A DNA stretch of 64,000 nt. Source: Nitrospira sp. (GTDB lineage: Bacteria > Nitrospirota > Nitrospiria > Nitrospirales > Nitrospiraceae). Below are positions 1-9,557 of this stretch, piece by piece (the stretch's first letter is position 1; every line of letters begins with the position of its first letter). Where the stretch lies: assembly GCA_047150005.1 (NCBI GenBank), contig AP038806.1:2560001-2624000 (forward strand), given 5' to 3'. The position numbers were made by a program, and so were the translations under genes. The notes under the pieces are model-generated. The model saw only the letters and a program-made list of their open reading frames with translations. It was not told the origin of the DNA and did not search any database.

Positions 1-335
1 GCATCGACGAAATGAAGGATGCGGACGAGCTCATCGGACACATCTTGTACCTGGAGGGAGTGCCGAACGTGCAACGCATGAACACCGTGCATGTCGGCGA
101 GACAGTGCCAGAGCAGTTCAAGCTCGATCTCAAGGCTGAACAAGAAATGCTGTCGCTATTAAGCGAAGGGGTCGTCCATTGCACGAAGGTGACGGATTTC
201 ACCACTCGCCACATGCTGGAAGATATGGCCAAAGACGTCGATGCCCATATCGACTGGATTGAGACGCAGATGGAAACGATCGAGCAGATCGGCGTTGAGA
301 ATTATCTGGCTGAACAAATCAAGAAAGAGAGCTGA
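1..335 (+). CDS. bfr: Bacterioferritin, haem-ligand-bearing subunit (5' truncated by window edge)
   Basis: Frame reads ...IDEMKDADELIGHILYLEGVPN...HIDWIETQ, a typical Bfr pattern including the Met52 equivalent. Confidence 0.9.
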   Translation, partial: IDEMKDADELIGHILYLEGVPNVQRMNTVHVGETVPEQFKLDLKAEQEMLSLLSEGVVHCTKVTDFTTRHMLEDMAKDVDAHIDWIETQMETIEQIGVENYLAEQIKKES

Positions 336-343
336 GGGAAGCC

Positions 344-814
344 ATGAAAGCCAAGGAAGGAGTCATTCAGTATCTCAACGATATACTGCGAGCGGAGCTG
401 ACGGCGGTGCATCAATATCTTCTGCATGCCGCGCTGTGCAAACACTGGGGATATGAACGTCTCCATGGCCATTTCGAACATCTGGCGCACGAAGAAGTAG
501 GACATTCCTCATTGCTGATCGATCACATTCTGTATCTCCAGGGAACGCCGGAGGTGGCGAAGCTCGATGCGGTGGCTGCGGGGCCCGATGCCAAGTCGCT
601 GTTCGAAAGCGATTTGGCGTTCGAACGGGAAGATGTCGGATTGCTCTGCAAAGCCGTCGCACATTGCGCGCACGTCGGCGACTATACAAGCAGGCACTTG
701 CTGGAGCATATGGTGATAGATTCAGAGGAGCATATCGACTGGTTTGAGATCCAACTGAAGGCGATTGGACAGGTTGGACTTGAGCGATATCTTTCCGAGC
801 AAATTACGAAATAG
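344..814 (+). CDS. bfr: Bacterioferritin, second subunit (lacks Met52)
   Basis: [28 protein letters not shown]...EEHIDW; Bfr family pattern. Confidence 0.9.
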   Translation: MKAKEGVIQYLNDILRAELTAVHQYLLHAALCKHWGYERLHGHFEHLAHEEVGHSSLLIDHILYLQGTPEVAKLDAVAAGPDAKSLFESDLAFEREDVGLLCKAVAHCAHVGDYTSRHLLEHMVIDSEEHIDWFEIQLKAIGQVGLERYLSEQITK

Positions 815-839
815 CGAGAGGACGCATCCTGCTAAGAGA

Positions 840-869
840 GTGGGAGGCTGGTAACAACCAGCCTCCCAC
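840..869. terminator. Hairpin between convergent genes, likely intrinsic terminator
   Basis: GTGGGAGGCTGGT-AACA-ACCAGCCTCCCAC, a perfect 13-bp stem. Confidence 0.7.
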
Positions 870-916
870 GTATGTTTCACAGGGCTCACATCCCGGTACA
901 GCCAGCCGATTCCCTC

Positions 917-2677
917 CTATTGGTAATCCTCGTTCAACGAATTCAGGAATGCGGTCACAGCCGGAAGATCGCCGGCCGTCAGGGCAATGCCCTGGAGCTG
1001 ACTATCCCCGTTCCGTAGCGTCCCCGCTCGTGCTTGATCGGATGTGCCTCGATAGAACTGGAGCACATTGGTGAGTCCGTCAAACTGTCCAGTGTGCATG
1101 TATGGGGCAGAGTGACCGAGGTCGCGCAATCCCGGTGTTTTGAATCGCGCAATCGCCCGATCCAAGAGCACGGCATTTGAGAGGGGACAGGGTTGCTGCT
1201 CGTCGCAAAGAATCGCGGTGATCTTTGCCTGCGGAGCCGGCATGTCAGGATTCCCAAACACGTTCCACGCTCCGAGGTCGGTTAGTGCCGGGTTGGCCAG
1301 CACGGGGATTTCCCGGAATCGCTCCGACGCGTTCGGGTGATTTTCCGTCGCCGGAAGGTACGCGTCGTAATTGGCGTCGCGCGCGGCGAGATTGGGGATG
1401 ACAAGCCCGGAGAATTGACCCGATCCATGAACTAGGTCGTATTCTCTTTGAGTCGTGCCGGTATTGTGCAGTTTGAAATCCGTAAAGTTAGGAGCGGGAT
1501 GGCAGACGAGACAGTTCCCGATCTTGCCCGCCGTCAGTTCTGCCGTTGAAGCTGGAATGGCGGCCGGTTCTGTCAGAAACATTTTCAGACCTTCCAGTTC
1601 GGTGGTGCCAAAGACGAATGGTTGGGAGTGGAACTGGAACTGGCCATCGGCTCGGTTCGGGTTGGAGGTGACGAATTGCAGCGTGCCGGCTAATTCACGG
1701 GCTTGTATCAGCTGCAGCAACCGCCTGCTGTACGCCGCGGGAGATTCGTTTGGATCCGGTTGCTGAGGCAGGGCATTGATGGTCAGGAACACGTCGAAGG
1801 GGGAACGGATCAAGGCACCGCTGTCGTCGGTCTGAGAGAAAAGCAGGCCGTTGACATAAGCCGCGACAACTTTGACCACTGCATCGAAAATGTCCTGGTC
1901 CGTGCTCGATCCGACGAGAACCCGATATTCAGGAGGAAGACGTGACTCGTCAGGGATCGCAGGATTCGATCCGGTGAACAGGATTCGGTAGGGTAGGCCC
2001 ACGAACTGATCCGACGGGTCGAATGACCCATCGTCCCCGCGAACCACGCGCGCTACATGGGCGACGGCCTGGGCACGTTCTCCCGGCAACCATCCGAAGT
2101 TTCGTCCAGTAAAGGTGGCCGCGACAAGATCCTCCATTGAGCTAAATTCCGTATCAAGATGGAAGAGGACGCCTCCAGGTCGATCCAGGGCGGAATTGAC
2201 CAGAGGCGGAGAATTTCTTGGCGTCAGTGTCTTTCCGTCGGCCCTGGCGGGAATAGGGCTGTGCCGCGCGAAGTCCGCGTAAGTCCGCATCCCGCCACCG
2301 GGGGCTGTCAGGACCTCGTCGACGAAATGACAGGAGCGACAATTCATTGACAGACCGTTGAAAGGACCGGGACTGATAGGGACACCGGGTGTAAGAGTTT
2401 CCACGGTGCTCACGACCGGGTCGTTGACATTGGGGCTGTTGACGTTCCCTCCATTGTCGAGAAACGCGCTGAAGGCTTGAGCGAATCGTGTTTCCATGAA
2501 CAGCCGTTCGCCGACGGCCTGCTCGGCGCCTGGTGTTCCCGTTTGCTGAACTTCTGCAGATCCGCTGGACGAGGAACCTCCACCTCCCGAACATCCGTAG
2601 GCGATAAACATGGCGCCCAGCACGACGAATCCAATCGAATATGTTGGCATGAGCCCCGATCTCACGTGTCGCATCAT
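917..2677 (-). CDS. Di-haem cytochrome c peroxidase/MauG-superfamily lipoprotein
   Basis: Lipobox AYG-C; two CxxCH motifs (CRSCH, CLVCH); RNSPPL and FKTPGLRDL..SAPYMHTG motifs. Confidence 0.8.
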   Translation of the reverse strand: MMRHVRSGLMPTYSIGFVVLGAMFIAYGCSGGGGSSSSGSAEVQQTGTPGAEQAVGERLFMETRFAQAFSAFLDNGGNVNSPNVNDPVVSTVETLTPGVPISPGPFNGLSMNCRSCHFVDEVLTAPGGGMRTYADFARHSPIPARADGKTLTPRNSPPLVNSALDRPGGVLFHLDTEFSSMEDLVAATFTGRNFGWLPGERAQAVAHVARVVRGDDGSFDPSDQFVGLPYRILFTGSNPAIPDESRLPPEYRVLVGSSTDQDIFDAVVKVVAAYVNGLLFSQTDDSGALIRSPFDVFLTINALPQQPDPNESPAAYSRRLLQLIQARELAGTLQFVTSNPNRADGQFQFHSQPFVFGTTELEGLKMFLTEPAAIPASTAELTAGKIGNCLVCHPAPNFTDFKLHNTGTTQREYDLVHGSGQFSGLVIPNLAARDANYDAYLPATENHPNASERFREIPVLANPALTDLGAWNVFGNPDMPAPQAKITAILCDEQQPCPLSNAVLLDRAIARFKTPGLRDLGHSAPYMHTGQFDGLTNVLQFYRGTSDQARAGTLRNGDSQLQGIALTAGDLPAVTAFLNSLNEDYQ

Positions 2678-3134
2678 GACGACCCCTCCCGAGCGAAACC
2701 TAGCGTACTGGTTAGATTGTGAAGTACGATCACGATTGGTTTATGCGAGGTTTCTGCTTCCCTTGATCGTGGAAGGAAGCGGAACGCAGCGGCTTGGTGA
2801 TCACTCAATTCACCAGATGAACAGCCTTGTGGACAACGACGCGGCGGCCCAGAGATTAGAACGCTCAGACGAGGTCCGGAGCAACGGGTATCGTCAGAGG
2901 AGATTCCGATGCTGAGCCACGGAGCAGCATCGCCTGATGTCGGTGGAGGCAAACTCCAGAGTTGTGCTGCTGCCGGCATGACGCTTACAAGGGGACCGGG
3001 GATACTGTGCGATGAGGATCATGAAAATGATCGAGGGGGCGCATAGGCTCTCCCAGAGAACTCGAAGTAGCACCACAATCTCGGGCTCTGGGTGACAACC
3101 TCTGGCCGCTAGGCATAAGCAGGAGTGAATATCG

Positions 3135-3659
3135 CTAGGTCATCCTTCCTCTTCCATGTTTCCCTGACATCAGCGGGAGTCGTAAGGCCCACATTTCATG
3201 CAGCGAGATTGAGAACATGATCAAAAATCCAATGGTCATGAATATGTCTCCCAACAGCATCGTGAAGACAAAGATTGGAGACACGTAGCTGATTAACCAG
3301 GGAGAGACCAGGTCCAGGCCGACGCCGCCGAACGCCATCCACGTCGTGCTTACCTTGACCATGTGGGATGTGCTTGTCAGATACAGCACATGCACGAGAA
3401 TCATGAAAACCACGGGCATTGTGAAGAGGTGAAAATGCGTAATCTCCGCGAGTTCCCTGAACGACATGGGCTCACCGAACGTGTTGTCAGAACCCCGGTA
3501 ATGGTCCGCGATTCCCTGAGGAGACAGGCCTGTCATGCTGTGCGCCCAGAAGAAAGAGAAAGCAAACCCCGCCAGCATGAGCATCAAGAAGAGCGTGTAT
3601 ACAAGCCTGATATGACGGTCGGAATCCCGCAGGCGAAATCGGGTATTGAAATTTCGCAT
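3135..3659 (-). CDS. Membrane protein (about 4 TM) with His-bearing helix, possible haem-b electron conduit
   Basis: Hydrophobic helices; LAEITHFHLFTM segment; operonic with the FMN-binding protein. Confidence 0.6.
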   Translation of the reverse strand: MRNFNTRFRLRDSDRHIRLVYTLFLMLMLAGFAFSFFWAHSMTGLSPQGIADHYRGSDNTFGEPMSFRELAEITHFHLFTMPVVFMILVHVLYLTSTSHMVKVSTTWMAFGGVGLDLVSPWLISYVSPIFVFTMLLGDIFMTIGFLIMFSISLHEMWALRLPLMSGKHGRGRMT

Positions 3660-3677
3660 TCGATAGAAGCTTGCCCG

Positions 3678-4367
3678 TTAATTTCCGAACAGTTCGCCAA
3701 AGAAACCTTTCTCAAGCCTGCGTGCGGCTACCGTATCACTTCCAAGCCCCACGGGCTTGAGGTAGTACTCGTCGACCAGCACCAGCACACGTTTGACTCC
3801 AGCACTCATCGACCGAACTGACATGGTGGCACCGCTGATATTGATAATGTCCTTGTTGATACGAATAGGATCGAGGCATGTCTTGCCTTCATACTGGACG
3901 TTGAAGCGTTTCGTTCTCACCTCGCTGCCTCGGGCCTCGCGAAACACCAGAAGCTCAACATTCGTGACGGAACCTTTACCGTCCACGCCGACCATATATG
4001 TCATCGGCTTGTGTTTTCCGATGGTCTGTTGGATCATGGCATAGCCGTCTCGTTGCGTCCCCGTTTCTCCGATATACACTTCGAATCCATCTTCCGGGAA
4101 TTTCCAGCCGATTCGTTCTTCTATCTGCTGCTTTTTGTCAGGTGTCAATGCAATGGTTTCCTTGTAGATGTGCTGCGATTCGGGAAACATCAGTTTTAGC
4201 GCCTGCTCTTCTGTCAGAAAGACGTCAGCATGTGTCAATTCCTGTTCCGTGAGGTAACGCTTGAGCTCAGTGTCCCACACTCGCTCAGCTTGAGCCGGCA
4301 GTGGAATAAGCAGAACGGTAAGGCACAATGCAGCAAGCCACGGACGAACAATCATGTTGCCACACAC
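3678..4367 (-). CDS. Secreted FMN-binding domain protein (ApbE flavinylation substrate)
   Basis: Signal peptide (AQA); DIINISGATMS matches the D-x-x-[ST]GA[ST] flavinylation motif; apbE nearby. Confidence 0.85.
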   Translation of the reverse strand: MCGNMIVRPWLAALCLTVLLIPLPAQAERVWDTELKRYLTEQELTHADVFLTEEQALKLMFPESQHIYKETIALTPDKKQQIEERIGWKFPEDGFEVYIGETGTQRDGYAMIQQTIGKHKPMTYMVGVDGKGSVTNVELLVFREARGSEVRTKRFNVQYEGKTCLDPIRINKDIINISGATMSVRSMSAGVKRVLVLVDEYYLKPVGLGSDTVAARRLEKGFFGELFGN

Positions 4368-4915
4368 CCCTTCTCCTTCAGATTGTTGCCAAGCCGTTCG
4401 AACACCTTGGCTTCGGCTTCAGTGGAAGGATCAACAGGCCACCACTTGGTGGCCTGTTGAGTGACACCGCCTTTCAGATGCCATCGCTGGCGGCTTTCAA
4501 GGACACTTACTGATACAACGTCATCGAGTTGCTTGATCTTGACGGTCATCCGAGCTCGTTCTCGGTTTCCGAACCCCTCCCGCTGGAAAGCTCCGTAGGC
4601 GCGGTCTGTTCCTTCCATTTCAACCCATCCAGTCTCAATGAGGCCCTTGAACTTGTCCTGGACCTGGATCGGTCGATCCTTGAGGGATTCCATTGCTGCC
4701 CCCCACGCGGTATCGTAAGAGCAGACAAAATACTGATCCTTGCTTCCGCTCCAGGAGGCGCAGGCGCTGCATGCCAGCGCAGCGATGACGACGAGGATAC
4801 CTCTTCCGGCTGAGACCATGAACGTGCCGAGCCAGGAGAAGGCCGTCCTGGAAATAGGGGCGTGGACCTTGGATCTAGAAATATGTGGCTGCTGAAATGA
4901 CCAACGCACTATCAT
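4352..4915 (-). CDS. Putative lipoprotein (BamC/NlpB-like domain); true start probably downstream
   Basis: Hydrophobic stretch with Cys lipobox; GLIETGW motif; overlaps both neighbours. Confidence 0.55.
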   Translation of the reverse strand: MIVRWSFQQPHISRSKVHAPISRTAFSWLGTFMVSAGRGILVVIAALACSACASWSGSKDQYFVCSYDTAWGAAMESLKDRPIQVQDKFKGLIETGWVEMEGTDRAYGAFQREGFGNRERARMTVKIKQLDDVVSVSVLESRQRWHLKGGVTQQATKWWPVDPSTEAEAKVFERLGNNLKEKGCVAT

Positions 4916-6377
4916 GAATCCGTTGTTCGGTGTTGGGGTTAAAGGCCATCGGCTGATATTGGTAGCTGATCTTGAAGGCAGTATCCTCGATGGGGCGATA
5001 ATTTAAGCCGACGGAAATCTGTTCAAGATTGCCCCAGCCACCCGTCCCGTTGCTGTTGTCCAAGTTCGTGTTCACCCTGTCGTATCTGACGACGGCGGTG
5101 AAGGTCGCTCCCTCGCCAAATCGCTTCGGCGACCACTTGCTCAAGAACGACGGCATAAAATGATAGTTGCCTTGGATGTAGTAACCGCTTGACCGCTGGG
5201 GTGGAATGCCGGGGCCGCTGTTACCACCGATTCCTGTCAGCAGAGATCCCGGAGCAAAGCCGATTGTATTTGTCTGAATCGCGCGCGAGTTGCCCCTCGC
5301 GTAGGCCCAGGCTGCTTCGCCGATGAGTTCAAATGGACCTCGCTGAAATGTCCAGTCGAGGGCTACGATGCTGGTCGGGTTGTAGTTACCATTGGGGGCT
5401 CCATTGCCGTAATAGCCGGATCCTCCGACTTCAACTCCAAGCATCGGGCTGAAGGCCATGCGTCCGACGACGGCCTTGCCGTCATTAATATCTAACCCAT
5501 CGTCCGCTGGGCACTTGCGTTGCCTGGATCCTCTGGTACCATCTGCTTCATTGATTCGCGGGGTGCCATCGCTATTGTATGAACAGGGTCCGGTGGTGAA
5601 GTACAATTCGTAGTCCAACTTGCTGGTTCTTCCGGGATAAAATGTTCCGTAGAATCCAGCTCCTGTCTCAGACATGGTCGACGGGATCACAAATCGAGCG
5701 ACGAGAGGGCGGTCGGTCAAGTCGTTGAGTGGAGAATCGTGGAGGAGGTTGAACTTGCCGACCGGCAACAACAGGATGCCGGCGCGAATATTGAATGGTT
5801 CGTTGACAAGATAGTCGATATGAGCGAACTCCAGTCCGATCTCCATGCCCTGTGTGGCATCTTCACGAATACCGTGTTCGATCTCGATTTCAGAGGCGAA
5901 TTTCACGTGCTCGGTAATGTCTGCATAGATGAACGGGACGAATCGCTGCTGATCGAACGTATTGGTCGTTCCGCCATACCCGTTCTCGATACTGGCCTTG
6001 CTCTGGGAACGATATTGGATGTCCATGTAGCCGCCGACGATGGCCTTAGGTGCCGCAACGAACGGCTTGGCATAGACCAAACGTCCCGAACCAGTAGCAC
6101 CGAACGACAGAGGGACTTTTTCTTCGCCCGGTCGCTCCACCTTAATATCTGTCATCGGACCGACCCCCGTGGGGAATTGTGTGGATGGGGGAGTTCCCTC
6201 TCGACGTTCCACTGTGCCTTCACGACGCTCATGCTCCTCCAAGCGTTGCTTCACGGCTTCGTCGACCATTCGTCTGATGTCTTCCGGCGTCATGTTTTCC
6301 GCCATCGCTGGTACTGCTGAGACACTGGCTATCAAGAGAATCCCGAGCACTGACCTGGTCCACATGCTGACCTCCAT
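4875..6377 (-). CDS. Outer-membrane beta-barrel porin
   Basis: Signal peptide, N-terminal coiled coil, amphipathic strands, EIEIEH motif, C-terminal YF. Confidence 0.8.
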   Translation of the reverse strand: MEVSMWTRSVLGILLIASVSAVPAMAENMTPEDIRRMVDEAVKQRLEEHERREGTVERREGTPPSTQFPTGVGPMTDIKVERPGEEKVPLSFGATGSGRLVYAKPFVAAPKAIVGGYMDIQYRSQSKASIENGYGGTTNTFDQQRFVPFIYADITEHVKFASEIEIEHGIREDATQGMEIGLEFAHIDYLVNEPFNIRAGILLLPVGKFNLLHDSPLNDLTDRPLVARFVIPSTMSETGAGFYGTFYPGRTSKLDYELYFTTGPCSYNSDGTPRINEADGTRGSRQRKCPADDGLDINDGKAVVGRMAFSPMLGVEVGGSGYYGNGAPNGNYNPTSIVALDWTFQRGPFELIGEAAWAYARGNSRAIQTNTIGFAPGSLLTGIGGNSGPGIPPQRSSGYYIQGNYHFMPSFLSKWSPKRFGEGATFTAVVRYDRVNTNLDNSNGTGGWGNLEQISVGLNYRPIEDTAFKISYQYQPMAFNPNTEQRIHDSALVISAATYF

Positions 6378-6476
6378 GAGATGATGGTAGTTGGTCTGAC
6401 TCGGGACGCAGGGGTCTCTGGTCGCATCAAATTATTTCTGTGGTAATAGGCTAAAGGCGAGAGAGCTCCTTTCTTT

Positions 6477-6665
6477 TTAAGAGATGGTCTTAGCGGAAAG
6501 ATGCGACCAGCCTGCGATGGCAGCAAAAGGGATGATGACAATCCGTTTGCATCTTTTGCACTTCAGTTCCAGGCCGTTCCCCAAGACTTTCGCAATAAGC
6601 TGGCCGCACGCACAGCGCGTTTCATGAGGCGAACAAGGAGAAGAAGATCCCGTATTCATGAGCAT
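6477..6665 (-). CDS. Small Com-like zinc-finger protein
   Basis: RCACGQLIAK...LELKCKRCKR, a Mu Com-type 4-Cys pattern. Confidence 0.7.
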   Translation of the reverse strand: MLMNTGSSSPCSPHETRCACGQLIAKVLGNGLELKCKRCKRIVIIPFAAIAGWSHLSAKTIS

Positions 6666-6690
6666 TGGGGTCGAGTCTAATATGTGAAAT

Positions 6691-6705
6691 TGAGAACGAT
6701 TATTA
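6691..6705. promoter_or_regulatory. Fur-box-like site
   Basis: TGAGAAC-G-ATTATTA resembles the 7-1-7 consensus TGATAAT-N-ATTATCA, 26 bp upstream of the porin operon. Confidence 0.65.
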
Positions 6706-6832
6706 GTATTCTATTTGTGCTTCTAGAGTCAAGACCGCTCATGGAAACAAGATTCTTGTGAGGAAAAGCATGTTCTTGAACCATTGGAGTCCTTTGTAGT
6801 TGGCATATGTGCTCGACTTACATAGATATTTT

Positions 6833-7422
6833 ATGCTAACGCTGAGGGCCGCTCTGATCTTTCTCGGCCTAATTAGAGGGTGTGTCCCTAGTTTGCCGAT
6901 CCTTGCTGAGCCAAGTTTGAAAGAGAAAACGCTGGCCGTAGGTCGTAGCACTACGGTCATTACCGCCGAGACTCGACGCATCATGTAGCCCTTGCAAGTT
7001 GCGCAATCAGCAAACGCTCGCATGGCTTCGTGTCGAGATTGCCTCGGACGACCATGAATTTATAGCGGCGTTGACGCCCGGAGAGTATGAACTTATCCGA
7101 GGGCAGATCGCGAAGGACCCATCACGTCTATGGCGAATGGATCCGTAATGTTTTCTACCAATGAGGATGCGATCACATGATCTGGGTGCAAGGCGCTTCG
7201 GCGTCGACTCTTCCCGCGATGGGCGGAAGGTCATTGTTATCGATGGTGATAGATGAAGACGATAGGGATGAATTGGCAAAGACTTCGAAGAAAAGATATG
7301 CTGCAGTGAACATTCGCTCGACGGTGACTGTTTTGCCGAGCCCTCCTGAAAGCGAAGCACGGTTGTGCGAAGTCATGTCGTATCCTCGTGTTCCTCAATA
7401 TTTCCTGCGTCACCAATGGTAG
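6833..7422 (+). pseudogene. Probable degraded lipoprotein gene upstream of apbE
   Basis: Lipobox-like N-terminus (LIRG-C) stops at TAG 6986-6988; coding-like fragments continue in other frames and end ...YPRVPQYFLRHQW overlapping the apbE start. Confidence 0.4.
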
Positions 7423-8480
7423 ACACGTCTCGGTGCATTGTCTGTAGCCTCATGCCGGCTTCAATAGTCGGCATGGTGATGCTTCTTATACAGGGATGTG
7501 GCAGCCTTTCCTCACCTCCTGAATCCCTGACAGTCAGGCGTACCCAGATGCATATGGGTACATTGGTGACAATCACGGCAGTTGCACCGACCGAATCGGT
7601 CGCACTGACCGCCTCTACCGAAGGATTCTTGGAGATACGCAGGCTGGAAGCATTGTTGAGTACATGGATAGGGTCGAGCGAGCTCTCGGCGGTCAACGCG
7701 GCTGCCGGAAAAGCACCGGTGCGAGTCAGCCAGGATACATTGAGCGTCGTCAAGCTGGCCTTGCAGGTGGCAAAGATGACCGGCGGGGCATTCAACATTG
7801 CGATTGGCCCGGCTGTCGATCTATGGAATGTGACAGAGAAGCAAAACATCCCTACAACGGAAGAGTTGCAACTCGTGAGAAATCGAATAGCGCTGGAGGC
7901 AGTGCACGTAGACGATGCGAAGCAAACCATCTTTCTGGAACGAGCCGGAATGCGGATTGATGTCGGGGGAATCGCGAAAGGATATGCGGCGGATCGGGTG
8001 GTGATGCGTATGAAGGAGGCTGGAGCGACGGCCGGAATAGTCGCACTTTCCGGAGACATCAAGGCATTCGGTCGATTGCCGAAAGGGGAGAAGTTTACTG
8101 TCGGGATTCAGCACCCACGAAAACCAGGAGAGATTCTTCTTGTGACCGACTTAGATAATGAAGCAATTTCAACTGCGGGAGACTATGAGCGGTATTTCGA
8201 GCGGGAGGGTATCCGCTATCATCATATTCTCGATCCTGCAACGCTTCAGCCTGCCAGAGAATGCCAAAGCGTTTCGATCATCGCGAAGGAAGGAGTGTGG
8301 GCTGACGGGTTGGATACCGGGGTGTTTGTCCTTGGTCCTGAACACGGGATGCGACTGATCGAAAGGCTTCGCGATGTGCACGCCATCATTGTTGATCGCG
8401 AGGGAAGGGTGCATGTGTCGGCCGCACTCCGGAAGCGGATCCGCCCTTCATCAGAAGAGAAAGAAGAAGCGCATGAATAA
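7416..8480 (+). CDS. apbE: FAD:protein FMN transferase (start uncertain)
   Basis: MGT, DVGGIAKGYAAD, GDI, STAGDYERYF, YHHILDP and ADGLDT motifs; lipobox IQG-C. Confidence 0.95.
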   Translation: MVDTSRCIVCSLMPASIVGMVMLLIQGCGSLSSPPESLTVRRTQMHMGTLVTITAVAPTESVALTASTEGFLEIRRLEALLSTWIGSSELSAVNAAAGKAPVRVSQDTLSVVKLALQVAKMTGGAFNIAIGPAVDLWNVTEKQNIPTTEELQLVRNRIALEAVHVDDAKQTIFLERAGMRIDVGGIAKGYAADRVVMRMKEAGATAGIVALSGDIKAFGRLPKGEKFTVGIQHPRKPGEILLVTDLDNEAISTAGDYERYFEREGIRYHHILDPATLQPARECQSVSIIAKEGVWADGLDTGVFVLGPEHGMRLIERLRDVHAIIVDREGRVHVSAALRKRIRPSSEEKEEAHE

Positions 8481-8566
8481 CCGGAAACTTTGCCGATGAT
8501 GCAGCTAGCTCACGGAACCGGCGCAGTTTCAGGTTGGATGGAGAAAGCAACGGCGCTGCCAAGACG

Positions 8567-8941
8567 CTAAGACCGCAGCACCTCGAGGCTGACCTGGTGG
8601 AAGCCAAGTCCGCGCACGTCATCGACTACGTTGACGAAGCGCTCCAGCATGGTAATCCTGTCCGCTCGAACCAGGACCAGCGATTCCCTGGAATGGCTGA
8701 TCAATTGGACCTTCAATCCTTCCTGCGACACCGGCTGGTCATTGAGGAACAAACTGCCATCGGAGGAGAGCGTGATCACGAGCGGCACATCCTTCCGGTC
8801 TCCTGCCTCTTTGGCCTTTGCCAGGTCCACCGGAATATGTCCTGTCGTGATGAACGTGGCCGTGGTCATGACGATGACAAGGAGGACCAGCATCACGTCC
8901 ACCAGAGGGATCACGTTGATCTGATCGATCTCACGTTCCAT
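8567..8941 (-). CDS. exbD: Biopolymer transport protein ExbD
   Basis: INVIPLVDVMLVLLVI signature. Confidence 0.92.
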   Translation of the reverse strand: MEREIDQINVIPLVDVMLVLLVIVMTTATFITTGHIPVDLAKAKEAGDRKDVPLVITLSSDGSLFLNDQPVSQEGLKVQLISHSRESLVLVRADRITMLERFVNVVDDVRGLGFHQVSLEVLRS

Positions 8942-9356
8942 GCTGCACCTTGTACAGGGTGATGAGTTCCGAGACCCGCCGGCGCAAGATGTTATTCATG
9001 ACCACGCAGGGAATGGCCACCAGCAGCCCCACGGCAGTGGCTTTGAGGGCGAGACTCAACCCGATCATGATGGTATTGACCGCCATCTGACCGGTCGTTC
9101 CCATTGTGTGAAACGTGAGCATGATGCCAAGGACCGTTCCGAGCAGACCGATGTAGGGTGCATTTGATGCGACGGTGCCAATAATGACCAGCCGCCTCGT
9201 CAGGGCTATCTCGAACACTTGCTGATTAGGATATTGCTTGAGGTCAACCCGCCGATAGAAGAGCCAGCGCTCAACAGCTACCGCGACACACCAAATGCTG
9301 AGAAGAAAGAGCAGTCCGATCACTCCATAGTCCACTGCGTGCTTTAACAGATCCAT
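8931..9356 (-). CDS. exbB: Biopolymer transport protein ExbB (short type)
   Basis: APYIGLLGTVLGIM and ALKATAVGLLVAIP motifs. Confidence 0.92.
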   Translation of the reverse strand: MDLLKHAVDYGVIGLLFLLSIWCVAVAVERWLFYRRVDLKQYPNQQVFEIALTRRLVIIGTVASNAPYIGLLGTVLGIMLTFHTMGTTGQMAVNTIMIGLSLALKATAVGLLVAIPCVVMNNILRRRVSELITLYKVQHGT

Positions 9357-9383
9357 CTGTTGCGCCTTCCGAAGAGTCGAACT

Positions 9384-9398
9384 TGAAAAGAGTTCTCA
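9384..9398. promoter_or_regulatory. Fur-box-like site upstream of exbB
   Basis: TGAAAAG-A-GTTCTCA, 7-1-7 imperfect palindrome sharing the TGAGAAC half-site with the 6691 site; TTGACA -35-like hexamer further upstream on the minus strand. Confidence 0.6.
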
Positions 9399-9557
9399 AC
9401 ATGTCAGCTCCGTAAGCTAACAAAATTTCGAATTCTGTGTCAATCAACCTGGTCAGCCCGTCCGAATTGGACATAGGCCGAGGCCACGCCAGCCTGCATT
9501 ATTGACTCAGGGCTATTTCTATGGAGGGCATGATTCAGTGAATGATTTCTGGGGCGC

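Noticed and set aside
2674..3116. Small ORFs between the membrane protein and the di-haem gene
   Set aside because: No recognisable motifs and conflicting frames; could be a remnant but unsupported.
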